In this document: one piece after another, positions 37,942 through 47,576 of the stretch
Numbering within the stretch: position 1 is the stretch's first letter
Layout: each line of letters begins with the position of its first letter
Assembly: GCA_020696385.1 (NCBI GenBank)
Contig: JAEHCQ010000001.1
Location: 224,001 to 288,000, forward strand
Direction of reading: 5' to 3'
Origin: Methanobacteriota archaeon
Lineage (GTDB): Archaea > Thermoplasmatota > Thermoplasmata > SG8-5 > JAGLSY01
DNA length: 64,000 nt
The notes under the pieces: generated by a model
Told to the model about the DNA's origin: nothing
What the model saw: the letters and a program-made list of their open reading frames with translations, nothing else
The model's database searches: none
Translations under genes and position numbers: made by a program

Positions 37942-38598
37942 ATGATGGTCCATTTCATTGAGGGCGGAGGTTTCAGTGGCAATATTTACCTGATCGAGGG
38001 AACACATCCAGTCATGATAGACACTGGATGGGATGCCAATATTGATAAGATCGCACCCCAGATAGAGCGAGCACTGGACGGAAAAAAACTGGACAAGATC
38101 ATACTCACCCACAGGCATGTGGATCACGTCGGTGGGGCTTTGGCGATTAAAGAACACTTCGGCGGGACGATATATGCGCAGAAGAAAGAGGCTGAAGCAC
38201 TGCGCGAGGGCGACCCGGAATCCACTGGAGCCAGGATGTTCGGAACAAGGATCAAACCCATGGAAGTGGAGGACTTGAAGGATGGCGATGTCATCGATCT
38301 GGGGGATGGTGGATCATTGAAGGTGATGGAAACTCCAGGTCACACTAATGGAGGCATTTGCCTCCTGGACAATGAAGATGGATTATTCTCTGGCGATACC
38401 GTATTCACCGAAGGTGGTGTCGGTCGCTGGGATCTTCCAACCGGGGATGTCCAGATGTTGCTCAAGTCTATCGAAACTCTGGCCGAGCTTCCCATAGTTT
38501 CCCTTTACCCTGGCCACGGAATGCCTGCCGAGAAGGATGGAGCCAGGCATATCAAGCTCAGTTTGAGAAGTCTAAAAGGATATGGAATTTATGGTTGA
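37942..38598 (+). CDS. MBL-fold hydrolase (glyoxalase II-like)
   Basis: THRHVDH, TPGHT, FSGDT, PGHG. Confidence 0.9.
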   Translation: MMVHFIEGGGFSGNIYLIEGTHPVMIDTGWDANIDKIAPQIERALDGKKLDKIILTHRHVDHVGGALAIKEHFGGTIYAQKKEAEALREGDPESTGARMFGTRIKPMEVEDLKDGDVIDLGDGGSLKVMETPGHTNGGICLLDNEDGLFSGDTVFTEGGVGRWDLPTGDVQMLLKSIETLAELPIVSLYPGHGMPAEKDGARHIKLSLRSLKGYGIYG

Positions 38599-39211
38599 GA
38601 TCATCGCTCTGGATAAAGATAAGACACCTTCTTCGGAATTGGTACAGAGGATCGAGAACATTCTGGGAACTGGTGGTCTGATAGTCTATCCCACCTCCAC
38701 CCTTTATGGCCTGGGAGCCAGCATATTCTCAAAAGAAGGAGTGGAGAAGCTCATGGAGGTGAAGCAGAGGCCATATGGAATGCCTTTATCTGTCTTCATA
38801 AGGCGTGAGAATGTGACTGATATCTGTGATATTCCAATCACCGCACTGCCACTTTTAAATTCCGGGCTGGCATTGACATTCATACTGCCTGCGAAACCAA
38901 ATGTACCATCTCTATTGATTAAAGATGGCAGTGTGGCTATCAGATTTCCAGATTCGACCCTGATAGATGCCATTTGCAAGTCCGTTGGATCGATGACCGC
39001 GACCAGTGCCAATCGACATGGCCTGCAGGATCCCGCAGATATCCAGACAGCGATAGATGATCTGGGCGAGGATGTGGAACTATATCTGGATAGCGGGGAC
39101 ACAGAACTTGGGAAGGGTACCACCATCGTGGATCTGACCCAATCAGCGGTAAGAATTATTAGGGAAGGGATTATTCCCAAAGAAAAGGTTATGGATATCC
39201 ATGGACGATGA
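38591..39211 (+). CDS. tsaC: L-threonylcarbamoyladenylate synthase (TsaC/YrdC domain only)
   Basis: PTSTLYGL, KQRP, VAIRFP, ATSAN, TTIVD. Confidence 0.88.
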   Translation: MVEIIALDKDKTPSSELVQRIENILGTGGLIVYPTSTLYGLGASIFSKEGVEKLMEVKQRPYGMPLSVFIRRENVTDICDIPITALPLLNSGLALTFILPAKPNVPSLLIKDGSVAIRFPDSTLIDAICKSVGSMTATSANRHGLQDPADIQTAIDDLGEDVELYLDSGDTELGKGTTIVDLTQSAVRIIREGIIPKEKVMDIHGR

Positions 39212-40091
39212 AGTAAGAGAAAAATACCTCAAGGCCGGAAAGATCGGATCAATGGCAAGAGAGCTGGGTAGAGAACTTGTTGTCGAGGGAGCGTCCTTCC
39301 GAGAAGTGGCGGATTCCATAGAGTTCAAGATCGAACAGCAAGGTGGGAAAGTCGCTTTCCCAGTGAACATCGCTGTCGATAATATCGCCGCCCATTTCAC
39401 ACCAACATCCGTCGATACACAAGTTTTCAAGAAGGGCATGCTTGCCAAGATCGATGTGGGAGCCCATGTTGATGGCTACATCGCGGACAGCACCTTTACA
39501 AAGGAAGTGGGTACCAATCGTTGGCACGAACTAATAAAGGCCTCTACAGAGGCTCTAGAGGCCGCTATCGACGTTACCAAACCCGGTGTCAGGGCCAAGG
39601 AGATCGGAGGGGCTGTTGAACGAACTATCGAATCTTATGGCTTCAATCCGATAACCAATCTAACTGGCCACAGTCTTAGAAGATACAATTTACACGCGGG
39701 GTTGAGCATCCCGAATATCATGGACGGGAGCGACGACATCGTGAAAGAAGGTGATGCCATCGCGATCGAGCCTTTTGCCACCAACGGAGCAGGGAGAGTT
39801 GCCGGAAGGAAAAGCGGCAACATCTACCGCATGATGAGAAAGAGGGAAGTGGATGATCCACAGCTCAATGAGCTTATCAGTAAGATTTACGAGGAATTCC
39901 GGGGCTTGCCATTCTCGGAAAGATGGGTTGCTAGACAGGTGAAGAAACCGAAGCCGGTATTAAGAAAACTATTCAGATCTGGCGTGATCACGACATACCC
40001 TGTACTTCTGGAAATAGAGAAGGGTATGGTGTCCCAGGCCGAGCATACTGTTATTGTTACTGAGAAAGGGTGTGTTGTTACGACGCGGTAG
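39201..40091 (+). CDS. map: Type II methionine aminopeptidase
   Basis: AAHFTP, KIDVGAHVDGYIAD, NLTGH, AIEPF, QAEHT. Confidence 0.96.
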   Translation: MDDEVREKYLKAGKIGSMARELGRELVVEGASFREVADSIEFKIEQQGGKVAFPVNIAVDNIAAHFTPTSVDTQVFKKGMLAKIDVGAHVDGYIADSTFTKEVGTNRWHELIKASTEALEAAIDVTKPGVRAKEIGGAVERTIESYGFNPITNLTGHSLRRYNLHAGLSIPNIMDGSDDIVKEGDAIAIEPFATNGAGRVAGRKSGNIYRMMRKREVDDPQLNELISKIYEEFRGLPFSERWVARQVKKPKPVLRKLFRSGVITTYPVLLEIEKGMVSQAEHTVIVTEKGCVVTTR

Positions 40092-40181
40092 GAGCTGGGC
40101 TATAAACTGACCTATACAGTTATAAATTGACATGTCAATAATTGATTTAAATACTTAGAAAACAAATCAGTATTGATAAGA

Positions 40182-40856
40182 ATGAAGAGCAAAAACATAA
40201 TTCCAATCATTTTGATAGTCATATTAATCCTCATAATGATAATTGGAATTTATACTTATTTCTTAATGCCGAGTGATTCATTTCCAAATAGCATCTCTGC
40301 GAGTCAAATTAATTTAGCAGAAGGAACTTCTGAATCAACAGGGATCATCGAGTTCGGAACATTCAGCGGTTCTGTCGAATATGACGAATTACGAATATTC
40401 ATTTGGGAGAATGATACCTATGCAGGATATTTGGAAATCAGAGATTACTCAGGTACTATTCCAATCAATGTAACATGGTCAAAGGGACCTGACGATGCTA
40501 TAGTAACCTATTTTGACTATAATCCAAATGGCAATGAGATTAATAATGGAGATTACTTGAATTTCAGCGGACTTTCACCAAGTACAAGCTACTCGATCTA
40601 TATTATCTATAAACCTTCTGGAACTTATATTTCCATATATGGCCCTAATAATTTTATAACAAAGCCAGCAGATAGCTTCGACAGAATAACTGATTGGGAG
40701 CCTATTCCAGAAGAAGATAAGGATTATGGTATCTGGCCTGCGCAATCGGATGATTATTACGATGGAAAATTATTTTGTCTTGCTGGATGCATAGCGATCA
40801 TTGTTTCGATCGCTTATTTAGTCAGATGGATTAAAAGCGATTTCGATGACAAGTGA
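40182..40856 (+). CDS. Hypothetical membrane-anchored protein (AT-rich)
   Basis: N- and C-terminal TM; beta-rich core (NNGDYLNFSGLSPSTSYSIYIIYKPSG) reminiscent of archaeal pilin/Ig-like domains. Confidence 0.6.
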   Translation: MKSKNIIPIILIVILILIMIIGIYTYFLMPSDSFPNSISASQINLAEGTSESTGIIEFGTFSGSVEYDELRIFIWENDTYAGYLEIRDYSGTIPINVTWSKGPDDAIVTYFDYNPNGNEINNGDYLNFSGLSPSTSYSIYIIYKPSGTYISIYGPNNFITKPADSFDRITDWEPIPEEDKDYGIWPAQSDDYYDGKLFCLAGCIAIIVSIAYLVRWIKSDFDDK

Positions 40857-40898
40857 TAGATTATAGAATAATGTTCAAAGAATGCGATGCATATTAAT

Positions 40899-40915
40899 AC
40901 TATAGCGGCTATAGT
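40899..40915. promoter_or_regulatory. Palindromic operator of the TA operon
   Basis: ACTATAGC-G-GCTATAGT, 15 nt before the antitoxin ATG. Confidence 0.55.
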
Positions 40916-40930
40916 CATTATAGTGATAGC

Positions 40931-41119
40931 ATGGAAACAACCACGATCCAAGTAGATACCCAGATCCGAGATACACTCAGATCCTTTGGCAGAAAAGGCG
41001 ACACCTACAATGATATCTTAACCAAGCTTATAGAGAAGGCCAGATATGTTGATTTCATGGAAGAGAGCTATAAAGTATTGGATACCGAAGAGAGCTGGAC
41101 TAGCCTGGATGCATTATAA
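40931..41119 (+). CDS. RHH-type antitoxin
   Basis: TTIQVD...RDTL...G.TYNDIL..L pattern; overlaps the toxin start. Confidence 0.78.
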   Translation: METTTIQVDTQIRDTLRSFGRKGDTYNDILTKLIEKARYVDFMEESYKVLDTEESWTSLDAL

Positions 41120-41388
41120 TGACCAAGCCAGTGATTTTATCAAGCAGGGCAATTAAAGAGTACTCTCAACTTTCGAAACAGATGCAGAAACGTGTTAAGG
41201 TATCTTTGGAAGAATTAGGAGCTGGCTCCAAGCGGTTGGACATCAAGAAATTGAAGGGCACTGGCGACAGAGAGGATCTGTATCGCTTAAGGGTCGGTGA
41301 TTACAGGATCACCTATTACCCAGAGCCGGATGTCATCAAGATAATTCGCATTGATCATCGTGGCAAAGGATTTAGCTGGCTTGATTGA
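41119..41388 (+). CDS. relE: RelE/ParE family toxin
   Basis: DIKKLKG...YRLRVGDYRI.Y...I.HR. Confidence 0.9.
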   Translation: MTKPVILSSRAIKEYSQLSKQMQKRVKVSLEELGAGSKRLDIKKLKGTGDREDLYRLRVGDYRITYYPEPDVIKIIRIDHRGKGFSWLD

Positions 41389-41422
41389 GATCAGTCCTTC
41401 GTGTTTATGGTTTTAGAAAGAT

Positions 41423-41551
41423 GGACCTCCCCGCCCTTTGGACGGGGTTTCGAATCAGAAGCACTCTAGACTGTCACTCACTGAGTCATCACTGAGAGTA
41501 CCCCGCCCGCACACTGTCAATATACTGTGTTTAGACGGGGCATGCTCGCAT
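41423..41551 (-). repeat. Structured intergenic element, copy B (short, IS200/IS605 end-like)
   Basis: Minus strand GCGAGCATGCCCCGTCTAAACACAG...GCGGGCGGGGTA ... GAAACCCCGTCCAAAGGGCGGGGAGG. Confidence 0.75.
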
Positions 41552-41575
41552 TCAACATGCTGAGAAAATGCAGGA

Positions 41576-44500
41576 TTATAATATGCTGGACAGATGCTCC
41601 TTCATCCTATCCAGATACTCTTTTCTCTCTTCCAGCTGCTTCTCCTTCTTCGCAATGTCAGCTTCCTTTTTCTTCAATTCCGCATGGAGCTCGTCGGTCT
41701 TTTCCTTGGTCGTCGAGTGGGACTTCTCCTTCTTGGCCAGTTCCGCTTCCTTCTTGACCATGTCCTTCTCCAGGTTTTCGAGCCGCTTCTGTTCTTTTTC
41801 TATCGACTTGCGCTCGGTTTCCAGAGTCTTTTCGACCCGGGACCTGATGATATGCTCCGCATCTATTGCTTTTTGAGATTCTATCTCGATCTGCTTCCAG
41901 ACCTCGGCGGATTCCTTCTTCTCCGCCATCAAGGCTTCCAGCTCGGTGGACAACTTCTCCGCCTTCTTCTGAATGTCATCTTCCCTGGTCCTGTGTTGTT
42001 CGTTTATCAGCAGGATCTCTCTCTCGCGCTTGGAGATATCCTCTTCCCTGGCCTTGAGATTGGTATCCAGTTCTTCTTTGACCGAGGCCAGCTCATTCTT
42101 TTCATCTGTCAGTTTCTTCAGAAGATCCTCATTGCGCTTCTGCTCCACGGTCTTGGCGTATTTCATCAGTGAAAGAGCGGATTGCTTCATGTCATCCAAT
42201 TCGCCACGCTCTTCCTTGAGCATCTGCATTTCCGCATCCCGCTTATCCATCTCCTCTTCCAGCAGGCGCTTCATCCTATTGAGGTCGGATTCTCTCTCCC
42301 TCAATTCCTTCTGCTGGCGCTCGATCTCCTTCATCCTCTGTGGCAGGTCGCCTTTCAATGTCTCCAGCTTGTCCTGCTCCTCGCGGATGTTCTGCATCTT
42401 CTGGGCGAGCTCGACCTCCATCTGATTGAGATCGGCCTCATGGGATGCCAATTCATCTTCTCTGCGGATCATGATCTCCGCTCTGATCTTCAATTCCTCG
42501 GTTTCCTTAGCGATCCTTTCGATATTGTCGCCAAGATCCCTCTCTCTCTCGGCCAACTCGTCATATTTGTAATTCAATTCTGTTTCTTCCACCTTGATCT
42601 GGATGCCTCTCTTCTTTATCTCCTCGGATTTCTTTTCCAGGTCTCTATCAAGGTCCTTTTGTTGCCGTTCCTTCGCCTCGTGCCTCTTGGTTTCCTTGCC
42701 AAGGTCTTTCCACACCTTGTCCATATCATCCTTTTGGCTTATGAGGCGAGTGTTCTCGTCAGTAATTTCTTTCTCTTTCTCTTTGAGGCTGGCTTCCTTT
42801 TTCTCCAGAGATAGTTTCGTGCTTTCGATCCTCTTTTCTCTCTGGATTATGTCAGCTTCCTTTATCGTGAATTCGGATTGTCTATCAGAAAGGTCTTTGG
42901 AGTCCTCATTGACCCTTTCCTCTTCCAGCCTGGCTGTTTCCAGTCTCTTATCGATCTCCTCTTCCTTGATAGATAGATCCTCCATCCTTCCAGCAAGCTC
43001 TCCATCCAGCTGAGCCAGTTCCTTGTTTCGGAGATCAATTTCCTCGGATCTCCGGCTCACCTGACGTTCCCTCTCCTTCAGCTCGATATCCGCTCGATGA
43101 AGGGCATCCTGTTGTTCTGTGAATTCGCTTTCCTTGTTCGATCGTGACTTTTTGAAATCATTGAGGTCGTTCTCATACCTCACTTTCTTCTCTTCAAGTC
43201 TGGTAAGATTAGCCTCATATTTTATCTCCCTTTCCCTGAGTCCGGAATCTGCCTCATTGATAGCATTCTCCCTCTGTTTGAGTTCCTTCTCTTCCTTTCC
43301 GATCTCCAGCTTCCTTTGCTTGTAGGCCTCGATATCCTCCACGAGGTGCTGCCTTTCCTGGGCCATCCTGTCCTTTTCCTTCTCAAGCTCATTCTCCTGG
43401 TTCTTGAGCATTATTTCCATCTCGCCCAGGACATTGTCCCTTTCATCCGCCCCTTCGACCTGCATGTCCAGCTCTTTCTTTCGAGATTCCAGTTCCTGTT
43501 CCAGGGCCTTGAGCTCGGCATCTTTCTCGGACAACTCCAAGGATAGGGCATCATACTTCTCGGATAGCTCTGTAGATAGAGCATCGTGCTTCTCAGATAG
43601 CTCTGCAGATAGTAGCGTATGCTTCTCTGATCTATCGGACAGGTCAGCCTCCAGGCGTTCCAATCGCCTGGATTCCTTGTCCAGATCGCTTCTCTCCTTT
43701 CGCAATTCCTTGTCAGTGATCTTCAGGTCAGAATCCTTGGTCGCGAGCTTTTCTTCCTTCTCATTGAGCTTGGCCTCAAGCTTATCAAGCTTAGTGGCCA
43801 GCTTCTTTTGTTCCTTGACTTCTGCGTCATGGACTTCCTTCTTTTCTTCCAGGTCCTTCAGTTGATTTGAAATTTCCTCGCGCTTGGCAAGGATCTCGGC
43901 TTCCTTATCACCGATCTCGCCCTTGGACAGGGTTATGCCTTCTCTCATATTCTCCAATTCTTGCCATTGCTCATCAAGGTCACTTCGGCTCTCCGTGAGC
44001 TCCCCCTCTTTGGTATCAAGGGTTTCCTGGAGTTCCTTAAGATCGGCTTCCAGTCGGCCTTTTTCTTCCTCGAATTCCTCCCTGTCGGCGATGAGAAGCT
44101 GTATATCGGAATCGATGTTCTTTCTCTCAGTAGCGATCTTCTTCTCTCTCTTTGCCATGGATTTTTCATTGGCTGTCAATTCTTCATGGCGTGTGGAATA
44201 ATCCGCCTCGTTCTGCTCGTATTCCGCCATATTGGTAGCCAGGATCTTTTCCCTTTCTTCAAGTTCGATCTCGGACGCGGAGATATGGTCTTTGGATTCC
44301 GCAAGGTCTGAATTTAATTTCTCTATCTCCGAATCCTTATCCGCGATGGTCGTGTCCAGCTCGGCGATCCGGTCATTTGTTTCAGTCAATTCTGCTTCAA
44401 GAGAAGATATCTTCTCATTCACATCGGACTGGCCATCAGCAAGCTCTTTCTCCTTGCCCGATACACGCTCGGACTCCTGGGCCAATTCATCCTTTGCCTT

Positions 44501-45964
44501 TTCAAGTTCGGATTCCCGGGATTCAAGGTCAGCCTTCAGGCCTTCCTGTTCCTCCTTCAGTGCTTGGAGTTCCAATTCTTTTTCTTCCAGAGCCTTGGAA
44601 TTGTCAGCATGTTCAGCTAATTTGGATTCGAGTTCCTTTGTTCTCTCGGCCAGATCACTTTCAAGATCAGCGAGTTCCTTGGATCTGGTATCCAATTCAC
44701 CCTTTGTTTTGCTAACATCCTTTTCAGTGGACTCGAATTCCGCTTTCTGGGCATCCAGTTCGGACTTGAGGGATTCGAGTTCACCCTCAAGATCCTTTGA
44801 TCGTGATTCCTGTTCTTTAAGAGCCTTTTTGAGATCAGCCTTTTCATTACTTGTTTTGGCCTTGACCTTGTCCAGCCCCTCAATATCCCCTTCTAGAATT
44901 GAAATTCGGGCGTCAGATTCTTTATTTATTTCTTCAAGTTCATTGTACTTCTCTTCCAATTCCTCTTTATCTTTCTTCAGCTTGTCGATCTCCTTTTCAA
45001 GAGATTTCTCCGCCTTGCCTCGGGATTTCTTATCATCTTCCAGCTTCTGCTGGCCATCTTCAAGCTTGGATATGCTCTTTTCAAGGTCTGATTTTTCCAT
45101 ATCAAGCTTCTTATATGCTGCCCCAAGGTCCACAAATCTCTTTTCAAGGTCAGCTTTCTCATCTTCGAGGTCTTTGATCTTCTTTTCGGATTCTTTTTCC
45201 TTACCCTCTGATTCCTTGAGCTTATCCTGGCCTTTCTCCAATTTGGATATCTTTGTCTCAAGATCCTTCTTCTCATCATCCATCTGGGATATCTTGGCCT
45301 CAAGTTCTTCAGCCTCTTTCTTGAACTTTGATAGGTCCTCGGCCTCTTTCTTTTTGGCCTCCAGTTCGCCTGTCAAAGCCTTTATCTCATCATCCTTAGC
45401 TGATATCTGATCCTGTATCTCTTTATTCCTGGCGGCTTCCTTTTCTTTAGCCTTTTCCATTGCCTGAGATAACGAATCTGTATCCATTTCAGCGGCTGGT
45501 TTGGGAGCCACTGGCTCAGGCTCGGGCTCTTCCTCGACAACAGGTTCTTCCTTGGATTCCTCTTTGGCCTTAGGCTTCTTCTCAGGGGCTTTGGGCTTGG
45601 GTTCTTCCTTTGGTTTTGGTTTATCTTTAACCTTGTATGTTGGGATCTCAACTTTGTCCATGATCTGAGAGGTTATATCCACCATCTCGCCAGCATCTTC
45701 TTCACTATCATCATCGGTGATATTCGGATCTTTGAGATTGGTTCCACAAGAAAAGCAAAGTGCGGAATCTCCACTGTTAATCGCACTGCAGTTAGGACAA
45801 TGGATCTCGCCCACTGCCTCTTCAATGACTTCATCTTCGGCTGGTGGTTCATCAATTATGGCAGGCTCTTCAATAATAGGCTCTTCGGGAGGAGATTCCT
45901 CTATAACTACAGCCTCTTCCGGCTTCTCTTCGAGAGATTTCTTTGCCTTGTCCCTTAATCCCAT
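41576..45964 (-). CDS. Giant coiled-coil protein with N-terminal zinc ribbon
   Basis: CPNC...CFSC, then about 1300 aa of E/K/L/R-rich heptads; no Walker A, hinge or TM. Confidence 0.85.
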   Translation of the reverse strand: MGLRDKAKKSLEEKPEEAVVIEESPPEEPIIEEPAIIDEPPAEDEVIEEAVGEIHCPNCSAINSGDSALCFSCGTNLKDPNITDDDSEEDAGEMVDITSQIMDKVEIPTYKVKDKPKPKEEPKPKAPEKKPKAKEESKEEPVVEEEPEPEPVAPKPAAEMDTDSLSQAMEKAKEKEAARNKEIQDQISAKDDEIKALTGELEAKKKEAEDLSKFKKEAEELEAKISQMDDEKKDLETKISKLEKGQDKLKESEGKEKESEKKIKDLEDEKADLEKRFVDLGAAYKKLDMEKSDLEKSISKLEDGQQKLEDDKKSRGKAEKSLEKEIDKLKKDKEELEEKYNELEEINKESDARISILEGDIEGLDKVKAKTSNEKADLKKALKEQESRSKDLEGELESLKSELDAQKAEFESTEKDVSKTKGELDTRSKELADLESDLAERTKELESKLAEHADNSKALEEKELELQALKEEQEGLKADLESRESELEKAKDELAQESERVSGKEKELADGQSDVNEKISSLEAELTETNDRIAELDTTIADKDSEIEKLNSDLAESKDHISASEIELEEREKILATNMAEYEQNEADYSTRHEELTANEKSMAKREKKIATERKNIDSDIQLLIADREEFEEEKGRLEADLKELQETLDTKEGELTESRSDLDEQWQELENMREGITLSKGEIGDKEAEILAKREEISNQLKDLEEKKEVHDAEVKEQKKLATKLDKLEAKLNEKEEKLATKDSDLKITDKELRKERSDLDKESRRLERLEADLSDRSEKHTLLSAELSEKHDALSTELSEKYDALSLELSEKDAELKALEQELESRKKELDMQVEGADERDNVLGEMEIMLKNQENELEKEKDRMAQERQHLVEDIEAYKQRKLEIGKEEKELKQRENAINEADSGLREREIKYEANLTRLEEKKVRYENDLNDFKKSRSNKESEFTEQQDALHRADIELKERERQVSRRSEEIDLRNKELAQLDGELAGRMEDLSIKEEEIDKRLETARLEEERVNEDSKDLSDRQSEFTIKEADIIQREKRIESTKLSLEKKEASLKEKEKEITDENTRLISQKDDMDKVWKDLGKETKRHEAKERQQKDLDRDLEKKSEEIKKRGIQIKVEETELNYKYDELAERERDLGDNIERIAKETEELKIRAEIMIRREDELASHEADLNQMEVELAQKMQNIREEQDKLETLKGDLPQRMKEIERQQKELRERESDLNRMKRLLEEEMDKRDAEMQMLKEERGELDDMKQSALSLMKYAKTVEQKRNEDLLKKLTDEKNELASVKEELDTNLKAREEDISKREREILLINEQHRTREDDIQKKAEKLSTELEALMAEKKESAEVWKQIEIESQKAIDAEHIIRSRVEKTLETERKSIEKEQKRLENLEKDMVKKEAELAKKEKSHSTTKEKTDELHAELKKKEADIAKKEKQLEERKEYLDRMKEHLSSIL

Positions 45965-45974
45965 GTAATTCCAC

Positions 45975-47363
45975 CTATAATCCTAATTCGTCCATCACCT
46001 TCTCATATGTCTTGAACTTTTCTGATTTCGCAAATGCATCTATTTTATCCTGAGGCAGATGTCCCAGAAGGTCATCTATCTCATTTAATATATCCTTGAT
46101 GTCATCGTGGATATCTATTAGTTTCTTTTCCTCAGTAGATAGCTCGGATTCCTCGGCTTCTGCTTTCTTGAGCTCGGATTCCAGTAATGTTATCTTTCTG
46201 GTAAGTTCTTTCTCTTTCTTGGCGAAGATATTCAATTCCTCGGCGATCTCCTCGGGGCTCTTATCACTTTTCATGGTCTTTTTGAGCTCATTTTGTGCTG
46301 CAACCTGATTCTCCATCCATTCCGTCCTGGCCTTCTTGCTCTTGTTCATGATACTTTTCAATTCCTTCTCTTCGATCATCCAGATATATTGTAATTGTTC
46401 CCAGATCGCCCTATTATCACCCTTCTCATCTTGAAGTGATTCTATCGTCTTCTTCATTTCCTCCTCGGTCTTCCTGAGGCTCTTCTCCCTACTCTTCAAT
46501 GAGTCTATCCTGTCTTTTAGTTCCTGTTCTTTCTTTTTCAGGAACTCTTCTCTGGACTTCATCCTTGCCTTTTCTTCTTCCCGTCTTGCCATCTCGGATT
46601 TGAATGAATCCAGCCTAACCTTGAATTTCTTCTCCTTATCTATGAGCTCTTCCTGATGCTTCTCAAGAAGATGGCGATATGTCTCATCCATGTTCTTGAT
46701 ATTATCCTCCAATTGATGAATCTCATCCCTCTCGATAGAAATATTGGACATTCGCCTTTCCAGTTCCGCACGTTTCTGTATGGCCTCGGGATCTTCAGAA
46801 TCGGGCATCTGGCTAAGCTCATCTTTTATACTCTGGGTCTCAGCTTCGGCCATATCAAGAGATTCTCGCCTTGCCTTCAGGGCCGTCTGTAATGGAGAGG
46901 CCAGCTTCAATATGCTCTGCTCTCTCTTTTCGAATACAGAGACCTCTTCAGCGGTCTTCTGGATCTCCTTTATGCTCTCTTTCACAACATTAGTGGGTTC
47001 TTGTGATCCCAGCACAGCGGAGAATACCTTTGTGGCATCTTCTTCTTCTTTCTTGTCTTCATGAGAAGGCGCGTCTGGCACTTTCTGGGCCTTGCCCCAT
47101 TGAAGTAGCCTTGACAGGAACTCTTCATCCTCTTCACTTCGAAGAGAAGTGACATCTCTTGTGGCCTGGAATTTAAGTCCACAGTTAAAACAATCCTTCG
47201 CACCACCTTCCAGAACAGTTCCACAATAAGGACATATCATTGCCTGGAACTCACCATCCAGGGACTCTCCGCAATGCTCACAGGTCGTGGAACTGGCCTC
47301 TATGCCAGAACCGCATTCTGAGCAATGAACAGTGCCTTCTTGTGTATGTCCTTTACGAGCCAT
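45975..47363 (-). CDS. Double zinc-ribbon coiled-coil protein
   Basis: CSEC/CEHC/CPYC/CFNC, coiled coil, C-terminal IDDLLGHLP..KIDAFAKSEKF..Y helix motif. Confidence 0.85.
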   Translation of the reverse strand: MARKGHTQEGTVHCSECGSGIEASSTTCEHCGESLDGEFQAMICPYCGTVLEGGAKDCFNCGLKFQATRDVTSLRSEEDEEFLSRLLQWGKAQKVPDAPSHEDKKEEEDATKVFSAVLGSQEPTNVVKESIKEIQKTAEEVSVFEKREQSILKLASPLQTALKARRESLDMAEAETQSIKDELSQMPDSEDPEAIQKRAELERRMSNISIERDEIHQLEDNIKNMDETYRHLLEKHQEELIDKEKKFKVRLDSFKSEMARREEEKARMKSREEFLKKKEQELKDRIDSLKSREKSLRKTEEEMKKTIESLQDEKGDNRAIWEQLQYIWMIEEKELKSIMNKSKKARTEWMENQVAAQNELKKTMKSDKSPEEIAEELNIFAKKEKELTRKITLLESELKKAEAEESELSTEEKKLIDIHDDIKDILNEIDDLLGHLPQDKIDAFAKSEKFKTYEKVMDELGL

Positions 47364-47576
47364 GCATCCTCCGCCAACCTGGAGACCATCAAACCCAACC
47401 TGAGAATAGATGATCCTTTAGATAATACTGGGATAGTATTGGTTAATATACATATATATTTTTAGATTGATTTGTTAAAATTGAAAATGCCGTATGCATG
47501 GCATAGATGACCACGCCTGATATCAGATCGAACATCAGGCGAAACCTTATTGATAACCACCCTCATTCCGGCCTCG

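Noticed and set aside
41551-41597. Possible degenerate duplicate of the coiled-coil gene's 3' end next to element B
   Set aside because: Only about 14 of 21 nt match and the peptide is not preserved; could be chance.
41576-45964. SMC/Rad50 annotation
   Set aside because: No Walker A/B, signature motif, hinge or central zinc hook.
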